A DNA stretch of 24,007 nt from Clostridia bacterium (GTDB lineage Bacteria; Bacillota; Clostridia; Christensenellales; Aristaeellaceae). Position numbers and translations under genes: made by a program. A model generated the notes under the pieces. That model did no database searches, had not been told where the DNA came from, and saw nothing but the letters and a program-made list of their open reading frames with translations. Shown here piece by piece: positions 17,294 to 24,007 of this stretch. The DNA lies in assembly GCA_045532135.1 (NCBI GenBank), contig JAZSFI010000078.1:1-24007 (forward strand), in the 5' to 3' direction. How positions within the stretch are numbered: the first letter of the stretch is position 1; each line of letters begins with the position of its first letter.

Positions 17294-17688
17294 GCTTCTT
17301 CGCCTCTCATGATGCTTCCGAGAATGCCGTTGATAAACGTTCCAGCTTTGTCGGTAGAATAGGTGTTTGCAAGTTCCACGGCTTCGCTGATGGCAACGCC
17401 CTTGGGAACGGAAGCGAACAGCATTTCATACACCGCCACGCGCAGAATGGAAAGATCCACGCGGGAAATACGCTCAAGCGTCCAGCCGATCGCATATTTT
17501 TCGATTTTGGCATCGATTTCCGCCTTGTTTTCCGTCACGCCGGATACAAGACTGTCTACATAATCGGCTTCACTTTCATCAGGCTTGATTTCAAGAAGCC
17601 CGAGACGCGTATCTTCGCCGCCGTCTCCGCCAAGCTCCCATTCATAAACCAGCTGCATCGCGCGTGCGCGCGCTACCGACCTTTTCAT
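17290..17688 (-). CDS. nusB: Transcription antitermination factor NusB
   Basis: RSVARARAMQLVYE, WTLERISRVDLSILR, VAISEAVELA, FINGILG. Confidence 0.97.
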   Translation of the reverse strand: MKRSVARARAMQLVYEWELGGDGGEDTRLGLLEIKPDESEADYVDSLVSGVTENKAEIDAKIEKYAIGWTLERISRVDLSILRVAVYEMLFASVPKGVAISEAVELANTYSTDKAGTFINGILGSIMRGEEA

Positions 17689-17720
17689 TTATCTGTACAT
17701 CCCCGTTTCCGTATGTTTAT

Positions 17721-18389
17721 TTATTCCTGTGTCTTATCGGCAACTTCTTCTGCTTCTTCCGCCGGCGCTTCTTCGGTGTTTTCTTCAATAACAATATTCT
17801 CCGCCGGCGCTTCTTCCTTCTGATCCGCCCAGGGCATCTTCATGCCTTCGGTGTTTTCGGGAACAACGATGCCGGAGATGATCACAGCCACGCGGCTTAA
17901 CTTGATTCCGTTAACAGCTTCAAGCTGCTCGCGGATGTTTGCCTGTATATCAGAAACCAAAGACGCAATATTGGCGTTCACGTGAACCGACATAGTGACC
18001 GTCACGTCAAGCGCTCCGTTTGCGTACTGCGTGGAAATGGTGCGTTCCTTCACACCTTCAGGATTTCCAACAATGGATTCAACATACTGATCCAGCGTCT
18101 CATGCCTGATCAGAACCACATCGTCCTTCGTTCCCTGCAAAGTCACCATGCGCGCTTTATAAATCTTTTCCTCGAAATTGGCAAGATAGAATGTATATGC
18201 GCACAGCCCTGCCAGCGCAAAAAGAACGATAATCAAAAGGAGCAAAAGTACAACAGACGCGGATGCAGCTTTGTCAAAAAGGCTGAATACGCGAACGCCG
18301 AAAGTTTCAAGAAGCGTTAAAAGAATGCCGACCATGCCCAGCGCAGACACGCTCATTACAGATATGCGTTTTAAGTGCTTCATATTCAT
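17721..18389 (-). CDS. amaP: Alkaline-shock response membrane anchor protein AmaP with acidic tail
   Basis: Two N-terminal TM helices, Asp23-like C-terminal domain (IQANIREQLEAVNGIKLSRVAVII), position between asp23 and nusB. Confidence 0.75.
   Translation of the reverse strand: MNMKHLKRISVMSVSALGMVGILLTLLETFGVRVFSLFDKAASASVVLLLLLIIVLFALAGLCAYTFYLANFEEKIYKARMVTLQGTKDDVVLIRHETLDQYVESIVGNPEGVKERTISTQYANGALDVTVTMSVHVNANIASLVSDIQANIREQLEAVNGIKLSRVAVIISGIVVPENTEGMKMPWADQKEEAPAENIVIEENTEEAPAEEAEEVADKTQE
17758..17816. repeat. 17-bp direct repeat inside amaP tail (encodes EEAPAE twice)
   Basis: TCCGCCGGCGCTTCTTC at 17758-17774 and 17800-17816. Confidence 0.8.
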
Positions 18390-18413
18390 ACGCTCTCCCT
18401 TCTTTCCTGCGTG

Positions 18414-19001
18414 TTATTGATCCTGATTCGTCTCTTCCGCCTTTTTGTTCTCCTCAATTTCATCCTCGACATCTTCAAGCTCGAGCACGAATTCATCGTC
18501 GTCTTTTTCTTCGGACTTCTTTTCCTCGGCCTGTTCAATGGCCTTGGATACCGGCGCCTGATTCTCAAGCAGCTTTCTCTGCGACATTTCAAGCTCGGCC
18601 ACCGCGCGGTTTTCTCTTTCAAAGCTTACGCCCTGGACATGAACGTCAACACTCTTTACGTTCATGCCGGTCATGGTCTCAATAGCCTTTTTGACATTCT
18701 CCTGAATGTCGCTTGCAACCTCGGGTACGGGGAAGCCGTATTCGACGATGATTGTAACATTGACGGTAACGTCGTTTCCAGCCACATCCACCTTGATGCC
18801 GCGTGTGAGGTTTTTTGAATTGCTCTGCGCTTTGCGCGCAAACATATCTACAAAGCTGCCGCTGCCGCCGACCGTATTGGCAACGCCCTCTACTTCCGTC
18901 ACAGCCAGTCCGGCAATGGTTGCCAAAACGTCGGATACGAAATAAACCGTGCCGTTGGAAGTTGCATCAAGCCTTACATCGGACATGTTGTTCTCAGCCA
19001 T
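18414..19001 (-). CDS. Asp23/Gls24-family envelope stress protein with long charged C-terminal extension
   Basis: DVLATIAGLAVTEVEGV, KGI-like RGIKV, IIVEYGFPVPEVASDIQENVKKAIETMTGMNVKSVDVHVQGV; RBS AAGGAGG before ATG 19001. Confidence 0.93.
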   Translation of the reverse strand: MAENNMSDVRLDATSNGTVYFVSDVLATIAGLAVTEVEGVANTVGGSGSFVDMFARKAQSNSKNLTRGIKVDVAGNDVTVNVTIIVEYGFPVPEVASDIQENVKKAIETMTGMNVKSVDVHVQGVSFERENRAVAELEMSQRKLLENQAPVSKAIEQAEEKKSEEKDDDEFVLELEDVEDEIEENKKAEETNQDQ

Positions 19002-19066
19002 AAGTGATCCTCCTTGAAAAAGCGGTAATCGCGTATGGGGTACAAACATCCCCCACTATATTACTG

Positions 19067-19095
19067 ATTATATCAGACTTTTATCCAAAACGCAA
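19067..19095 (-). promoter_or_regulatory. Sigma-A-type promoter for the asp23-amaP-nusB... operon
   Basis: Minus strand TTGCGT-N17-TATAAT with extended -10 TGA. Confidence 0.8.
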
Positions 19096-19126
19096 ACAGT
19101 TTATGCGTAAAATCCATAGTTCATTC

Positions 19127-19609
19127 CTAAACCCCGATAATTTTTACGTTTCCCGCGGTCTGTCCGGTCTGCCGAAGCACAAGATCCAGAATAAATGCGC
19201 ATTCGTTTTTATCGTTCGCCTTGTCCTTTAAAACAACATTGACGCTTGAAGAATGAACCGAAACCACCGCGTCCTCATGTCCGCGCATTTTTAAAATCCC
19301 CTCAATCGTCATTTCCGCTTCCATACGCTGCGCCATTTCATTCAGCATCCTCGCCGCCTCCATGCGCGTTTCCTCATTCACGCTTAAATCGTTCATAAGC
19401 GCAGTCAGCTGAACCGTCTCAAGCTCGCGAACGCGCGTGCGTTCCAGTCTGAATTCTTCAAACACGTCCGCCCCTGCGCTTGCAGGCACAACTTTTTCTT
19501 CAAACGCCGTCGGCGAAAAATTGGCCGCCCACGAAAAAAACATGGCGGATAAAACCACCGCTGCCGACAACGCAAGCCCGATACCTTCCGCGCACTTTTC
19601 CCACTTCAT
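19127..19609 (-). CDS. spoIIIAH: Stage III sporulation protein AH (short form)
   Basis: N-terminal TM, FEEFRLERTRVRE helix, EAEMTIEGILKMRGHEDAVV...VNVVL ring-building motif; last gene of spoIIIA order. Confidence 0.85.
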   Translation of the reverse strand: MKWEKCAEGIGLALSAAVVLSAMFFSWAANFSPTAFEEKVVPASAGADVFEEFRLERTRVRELETVQLTALMNDLSVNEETRMEAARMLNEMAQRMEAEMTIEGILKMRGHEDAVVSVHSSSVNVVLKDKANDKNECAFILDLVLRQTGQTAGNVKIIGV

Positions 19610-19962
19610 TTTCCTGTCTCCTCCATCGCCATCACATGAATCCGTTCATTGGAAATATTCAAAAGCGCCCGCGCCGCATCCTGAACGCGAAGCCTGACCG
19701 CAATATCCTTTGCGCCCTCGCACACAATCAAAACGCCCTTGATCTCCTCGTTCTCCTCATTGATCATCACATATGTTTCGCCCGCGCCCGTAACTTTCTC
19801 CATAACGCGTTCCATCCTGATCTCCATATCCGTCTTTACATTTCCCTCCTCCCGTCTTGTCCATACGAAAAGAAGGCATAAAAGCAAAACAGCGCCAATC
19901 AGCGCCCATCCGCCCGCCCCCGATTGAAGCCATCGATTTTCCTTTTTCCCAGCGCCTGCCAT
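19606..19962 (-). CDS. spoIIIAG: Stage III sporulation protein AG, miniature form
   Basis: TM helix then EIRMERVMEKVTGAGETYVMI and IKGVLIVCEGA...VQDAARALLNI...RIHV, the SpoIIIAG ring-building-motif halves; start 19962 (ATG) or 19974 (GTG). Confidence 0.85.
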   Translation of the reverse strand: MAGAGKKENRWLQSGAGGWALIGAVLLLCLLFVWTRREEGNVKTDMEIRMERVMEKVTGAGETYVMINEENEEIKGVLIVCEGAKDIAVRLRVQDAARALLNISNERIHVMAMEETGK

Positions 19963-19973
19963 TTCGCCACCCA

Positions 19974-20138
19974 CTATAAAAAATTCAAAAGTGCATCGCG
20001 GACAAATGCCGCGATCAGCTTAATGCCCATAAGCCCCAGAACCATCCTGACCCCGTCGCGCGCATTTCCTTCCGGCAAAATTGCATTCAAAACGCCGCCT
20101 ACAAGCATGAGACACAAAAACGCGCGCAACCAAATCAT
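19974..20138 (-). CDS. spoIIIAF: Stage III sporulation protein AF, N-terminal transmembrane part only (54 aa)
   Basis: MIWLRAFLCLMLVGGVLNAILPEGNARDGVRMVLGLMGIKLI resembles the SpoIIIAF N-terminus (..LLP.g....yvr.v.GL); sits exactly between spoIIIAE and spoIIIAG. Confidence 0.7.
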   Translation of the reverse strand: MIWLRAFLCLMLVGGVLNAILPEGNARDGVRMVLGLMGIKLIAAFVRDALLNFL

Positions 20139-20145
20139 TTCCTTT

Positions 20146-21240
20146 CTAAAAAAGCGCCCTTCTTCCGATTCCAACAGAAACGCCCACATACATAATCGCC
20201 ATACACAAAGAGGCCAAAATCAAGGAAAACAGAAGTGAAAAAATCCCCGAAAAACCGTCAATCAAGCTTGCCGTCTCCCGGTCCGAGGCGCACTCCATCA
20301 GCGCCGAAAGTATTTTAAGTCCCCACATCGCAAGAAATATATCCATCGCAGGAAACAAACACGCGCTTACAAGCGCAACCATTCCAGTTACGCCGGCTGC
20401 GCTTTTCACAAGCTGAGCGCTGCCCGTGATTGATTCCATCTTTCCGGCAATATCGCTTCCGACAATCGGAATCAAACTGTCGGCCGCAAACTTGAGTCCC
20501 TTCACAAGCGCGCCGTCATACGCACCCGCAATCGATCCGCCCGTTGACATGAAAAACAGAAATACGCCCATAACGGCGCCGATCAGCCATTTGAATAACG
20601 ACTTAACCGCATCCATCATCCTTCCGACAGGCATGTCGGAAACAGAAGATGCCAGATGCATTATGTATAAAGCCTCAACAATCCTGAGCGCTCCTTTTTG
20701 AAAATACGCCGAAAGCGAACCTGACACAAACGCGCCCAGCGGAGTAATAAAAGCAGACGTATGCGCATCCCCCGTAAAGGCAATCACCGACACAAGCATC
20801 GGAGTCAGCGTATCAACGAGCGACAGAATCCTTGAAATCGCCGTCTTTGCGGATGAAAAAAAGACGCGCACCTGAGAATGCATCGAAAGCGCGACAATCA
20901 AATGAATCGCCGTCACCGCGCCTTTTCCACTTCTTCCCTCCGGCAATAATCTTTTAAAAAACGCTGTCAGAAGCATGAAAAAAGCAGCCTTCGTCAAAAA
21001 CTTTGAAACTGCCTGCACACGCGAACGCGCCGCATCCGTCAGCGCATCCGTGATTTTTTCGGGCGAAAAGCTTATGTTCTGCGTTAGTATCGCAGAAAAC
21101 ATCTCTTTAAGCCCAACCGGGACGTCCGCATCCGTCAAAATCGCTTCCATTTCGGAAAAGCTTTCCGCTTGTCCCCCTTCCGCCTGCGCAGGCAAAAACA
21201 AAAAACACATGAAAACTGCGAAGAAAAATACTTTCCTCAT
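20146..21240 (-). CDS. spoIIIAE: Stage III sporulation protein AE
   Basis: Polytopic membrane protein; KFAADSLIPIVGSDIA...SAQLVKSAAGVTG motif; operon position. Confidence 0.9.
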   Translation of the reverse strand: MRKVFFFAVFMCFLFLPAQAEGGQAESFSEMEAILTDADVPVGLKEMFSAILTQNISFSPEKITDALTDAARSRVQAVSKFLTKAAFFMLLTAFFKRLLPEGRSGKGAVTAIHLIVALSMHSQVRVFFSSAKTAISRILSLVDTLTPMLVSVIAFTGDAHTSAFITPLGAFVSGSLSAYFQKGALRIVEALYIMHLASSVSDMPVGRMMDAVKSLFKWLIGAVMGVFLFFMSTGGSIAGAYDGALVKGLKFAADSLIPIVGSDIAGKMESITGSAQLVKSAAGVTGMVALVSACLFPAMDIFLAMWGLKILSALMECASDRETASLIDGFSGIFSLLFSLILASLCMAIMYVGVSVGIGRRALF

Positions 21241-21620
21241 GCGCCCAGCCTCATGATTTCATCAAGCACCTGCATAATCAAGGGCGCAGTCAACGCCATA
21301 AGCGTTAGCCTGACCGCAATATCCACCCGCTGCGCAAGTCCGCCTTCGCCCGCATCCTTGCAAAGCTGCGCACCGTATTCGCCCGCAATCGCAATACCGG
21401 ATGCTTTGACAATCAAAACGACGTCCTCATCTTTAACCTCCGCTAGCAAAAGCGCCTTTTTTACCGCATTCACAATTTCTCCAAGTTCGTTAATGGATAA
21501 AACGCACGCAAAAACGCCCGCCGCCAATGCGACGGTCAGCGCAATTTCAGGACGGGATGAGCGCAAAAACAAGCACAAAACCGCAACCGCCACGCACATG
21601 ACGGCAATTTTAATTGCCAT
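21237..21620 (-). CDS. spoIIIAD: Stage III sporulation protein AD
   Basis: RPEIALTVALAAG, KASGIAIAGEYGAQLCKDAGEGGLA motif. Confidence 0.93.
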   Translation of the reverse strand: MAIKIAVMCVAVAVLCLFLRSSRPEIALTVALAAGVFACVLSINELGEIVNAVKKALLLAEVKDEDVVLIVKASGIAIAGEYGAQLCKDAGEGGLAQRVDIAVRLTLMALTAPLIMQVLDEIMRLGA

Positions 21621-21626
21621 ATTGCC

Positions 21627-21824
21627 TCAGTAAAGCGAGAACATCTGCCGGACAGAAGAAAAAAAGTCCGACATCAGCCCGACCACATACATAACAACAA
21701 CAATCAGCCCCGCCAGCGTCGCAAGCGTTGCGATATCCTCGCGCCCGGCGTTTTTGAGAAGCTGATTGACAAGCGTTAACATAATTCCGAAAGCAGCAAT
21801 GCGAAACACGAGATCCACGTCCAT
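21627..21824 (-). CDS. spoIIIAC: Stage III sporulation protein AC
   Basis: MDVDLVFRIAAFGI...LKNAGREDIATLATLAGL; RBS AGGAGG. Confidence 0.95.
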   Translation of the reverse strand: MDVDLVFRIAAFGIMLTLVNQLLKNAGREDIATLATLAGLIVVVMYVVGLMSDFFSSVRQMFSLY

Positions 21825-21836
21825 TTTCCAATCCTC

Positions 21837-22325
21837 CTACACAAGGAAAATTACCGCGCAAAGCCCCGTCAGCGCGCCGAGCGCCGTATACAGTTTGATT
21901 TTTTCCTTTCCTTCTTTTCGCCTTTTTTCTTCAATGGCTTTAAGGTCATTGAGCGCGCGCTCGTATTCCTTTTCCTGCTCCATCCGTCCAAGGTTTTCAA
22001 GCGAAGCAAACAGCATTGAAACAAGTTCGTTTTCCTCTCCGAGCGCTTCTCCTGCGCCCCCGGCCTTTTGCCACGCGCCTTCAAGCGACATGTTTTTGTC
22101 CTCCTTCATGAGCCTCTGCATCTTTGAAAAAACCGCTTCCCCAAGATTCACAAGCGCCTCTGTGGCATTCATGCGCTTTTCAATCGTTCGATTCCTGAGC
22201 TTTTTTATGTCCTCCTGTAGACGCCTGAGCGTATCGGCAAGAAGGATATTTCGAAATGCCGCCGACCTTCCCGCATAGGCAAAAAGCGCAACTATAACCC
22301 CTCCGATGATGATTTCAAGCGCCAT
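21837..22325 (-). CDS. spoIIIAB: Stage III sporulation protein AB
   Basis: N- and C-terminal TM segments, LG...EQ motif (LGRMEQEK), KLYTALGALTG; operon position. Confidence 0.85.
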   Translation of the reverse strand: MALEIIIGGVIVALFAYAGRSAAFRNILLADTLRRLQEDIKKLRNRTIEKRMNATEALVNLGEAVFSKMQRLMKEDKNMSLEGAWQKAGGAGEALGEENELVSMLFASLENLGRMEQEKEYERALNDLKAIEEKRRKEGKEKIKLYTALGALTGLCAVIFLV

Positions 22326-23194
22326 TTTCCCTCCGAAAACACATAAATTCCTTTAATATTTCCGATTTGATCGCCAAGCACGCATGCATTTTTCAATATG
22401 CCGGACGTCATGATGCTTCCGATCATTTCTCTTTCAAGCGCATCCGTTACCGACGATGCATGCGCGCTTGCCAATATGCCTATGCCCATCCGCGCAGCCT
22501 CCGAAATCGCCCACGCATCCTCCCGTGAACCGATTTCATCAACAACAATCACATGAGGGGCCATGCTGCGCGCAAGCATTACAATCGCCCTTGCCTTCGC
22601 AATGCCCTCGCATACGTCCGTTCTGCTGCCCGCATCCAGCTGGCTTATCCCGTTTCTCATTGCGGCGATTTCGCCCCTTTCATCGACAACGGAAATTTCC
22701 TTTCCCGCATCCGAAAGAAAGCGGCAGGCGTCCCTGAGATACGTGGTTTTGCCCATGCCGGGTGGCGAAAGGAAAATGGTATTTACAGCGCAGCCATTTT
22801 TCAAAAGAAACGGGCGCAGACGCTCGATGCATCCCTTCGCTTCCCGCGCGATTCGAATCAGAAGGCTGGAAGGCGCAACCATGCGCGTTTTTTCATAATC
22901 CATTGAAAACCTTCCCGAAACGCCCACGCGCACGCCGTAGGGCAGCGAAAAATATCCCTGACCCAGCTCGTCCTCCCAAGCATAGATCGAATGATCCAGC
23001 ATGCGCGAAATAAGCGACAATATTTCGCTCGCCGCAACGGTTCCTCCGATTTCCGCTTCGCCGCCAATCCAGATCACTTTCGTTCTGCGCCCCGTCCGAA
23101 CGCGGATCTCGGTCGGCTTATGCAAAGAAAGCGCTTCCATCTCCTTTTGATTGCACCCGGGAAAATATCCGATAACCCTTTCAAATGCATCCAT
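22292..23194 (-). CDS. spoIIIAA: Stage III sporulation protein AA (secretion-type ATPase)
   Basis: EIRVRTG, GQGYFSLPYGVRVG, Walker A SPPGMGKTT-LRD, VDERGEIA, Walker B VIVVDEIG, ASAH; start 23194 (alternative 23203). Confidence 0.95.
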   Translation of the reverse strand: MDAFERVIGYFPGCNQKEMEALSLHKPTEIRVRTGRRTKVIWIGGEAEIGGTVAASEILSLISRMLDHSIYAWEDELGQGYFSLPYGVRVGVSGRFSMDYEKTRMVAPSSLLIRIAREAKGCIERLRPFLLKNGCAVNTIFLSPPGMGKTTYLRDACRFLSDAGKEISVVDERGEIAAMRNGISQLDAGSRTDVCEGIAKARAIVMLARSMAPHVIVVDEIGSREDAWAISEAARMGIGILASAHASSVTDALEREMIGSIMTSGILKNACVLGDQIGNIKGIYVFSEGKWRLKSSSEGL

Positions 23195-23210
23195 CTTTAT
23201 CATTTCCTAC

Positions 23211-23253
23211 GAAAAAACCGCTTTTACTGAATGATATGTTCAGTAAAAGCGGT
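23211..23253 (-). terminator. Rho-independent terminator after mutY-DUF402
   Basis: Perfect 15-bp stem ACCGCTTTTACTGAA/TTCAGTAAAAGCGGT (23217-23231/23239-23253), 7-nt loop, followed on the minus strand by a T-run. Confidence 0.8.
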
Positions 23254-23259
23254 GCATTC
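23231..23259 (-). promoter_or_regulatory. Putative sigma-E promoter of the spoIIIA operon, overlapping the terminator
   Basis: Minus strand GAATGCA-N14-CATATCAT; -10 matches CATAnnnT; spoIIIA is sigma-E-controlled in studied spore formers. Confidence 0.65.
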
Positions 23260-23276
23260 CCGACAGGTTTGATTTT

Positions 23277-23840
23277 TCAGATTTTTCCGTCTCTTTTAAG
23301 TTTATCCATAAGATCGCATCTGAGCTCTGAGCACATTTTCCGGATTCTCTCTTCCTTTCCGGAAATATCGTTTATCAGTTGTCTTTCACTTTCTACGGCA
23401 AGATCGTACATCTCTTTGGTTATATCGCCGGATTTGAGAAGCCTGATCAGTTCGTGTCTGTCAAGCTTCACCATCTCTCCGCCCGGACGCATCACGACGT
23501 CCAGAATCATGTCGTAAAACCATGCGCCGTCCGCGTCGTCCAGATGATTTTCATAAGTGATATCAAAATAATACTGAAAAAGCTCGCCCTTTTCATCAAA
23601 CATCACCGTTGCCCAGAAATGTTCGTTTTCCGGCGCAAGCTGAAGCCACGTATAGCCCCCGCCCGTAATCTGCAAACGTTTCCCGAACGATTTTACGAAA
23701 AACGGCTCGTCCACCCGTTTCATATACAAAAGCCCGACGCGAGCGCGTCCCCACGGAAGGAGCGCGATTTTGCTTGCGCTTACTTTCTCTTCTATGCCCC
23801 GCCATTCATCCCGAAGCATGGTCTTTTTCTTAAATATCAT
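23277..23840 (-). CDS. DUF402-family protein (Ntdp/FomD-like nucleotide phosphatase fold)
   Basis: FWATVMFDEKGELFQYYFDIT...FYDMILDVVMRPGGEMVKLDRHEL fits DUF402 YxxI...DLxLDv...lDxdEl; RBS GGAAGGA before ATG 23840. Confidence 0.8.
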   Translation of the reverse strand: MIFKKKTMLRDEWRGIEEKVSASKIALLPWGRARVGLLYMKRVDEPFFVKSFGKRLQITGGGYTWLQLAPENEHFWATVMFDEKGELFQYYFDITYENHLDDADGAWFYDMILDVVMRPGGEMVKLDRHELIRLLKSGDITKEMYDLAVESERQLINDISGKEERIRKMCSELRCDLMDKLKRDGKI

Positions 23841-24007
23841 CTGTTTTTCCTTCCAGATACCAGTCGCGAAACGCTTTAAGCGCCGTCGGCATGGCGAGAT
23901 CCGCAATTCCCTTCCGATCCTCAAACGCGCTTGCTCCGGGCGCGCGCACGCATTTGAACAGATAGCCCGTCATGTGCCATTCAAGATGGGTAAAAACGTG
24001 TTTTGCC
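23830..24007 (-). CDS. mutY: A/G-specific adenine glycosylase MutY, C-terminal end (truncated by window edge)
   Basis: Manual translation AKHVFTHLEWHMTGYLF...LAMPTALKAFRDWY...*; HxFTHxxW is typical of the MutY C-terminal NUDIX-like domain; only 58 aa visible. Confidence 0.75.
   Translation of the reverse strand, partial: AKHVFTHLEWHMTGYLFKCVRAPGASAFEDRKGIADLAMPTALKAFRDWYLEGKTDDI

Noticed and set aside
19085-19107. Terminator after spoIIIAH (ACGCA…TGCGT-TTT)
   Set aside because: Stem of only ~5 bp with a short T-run, overlapping the asp23 -35 box; too weak to call.
19974-20189. spoIIIAF as a frameshifted pseudogene
   Set aside because: No leftover sequence for the missing domain in any frame; stop/start junctions are tightly coupled, so it is treated as a compact gene.
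1-24007. CRISPR arrays, tRNA/rRNA genes, IS elements, prophage or defence genes
   Set aside because: No regularly spaced repeats, cloverleaf/rRNA-like sequence, transposase/integrase motifs or terminal inverted repeats were seen; intergenic gaps are all short.

Overview
Mostly core chromosome of a spore-forming clostridial-type Firmicute; no CRISPR array, RNA gene or mobile element was recognised. Left ~7.2 kb (accessory-like): 5' half of a ClC-family channel/antiporter gene with a long leader, a stand-alone DUF697-like membrane protein, a probable four-gene operon (GNAT, EamA/DMT, acyltransferase-3, alkaline-phosphatase-superfamily hydrolase), and an internally duplicated DUF1538 membrane protein coupled to a tandem two-domain P-II-like protein. 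Right ~17 kb, all minus strand: mutY (3' end), DUF402, spoIIIAA-AH, asp23, amaP, nusB, TsaD/Kae1 paralogue, folD, xseA, xseB, ispA, dxs, tlyA, argR, recN, spoIIP. Most notable: a strongly miniaturised spoIIIA 'feeding-tube' apparatus (SpoIIIAG lacks the channel-forming beta insertion; SpoIIIAF is only a transmembrane hairpin), a sigma-E-like promoter nested inside the terminator upstream of spoIIIAA, the doubled DUF1538/P-II module, and an uncharacterised TsaD paralogue. All family calls come from motif recognition by eye, not database searches.
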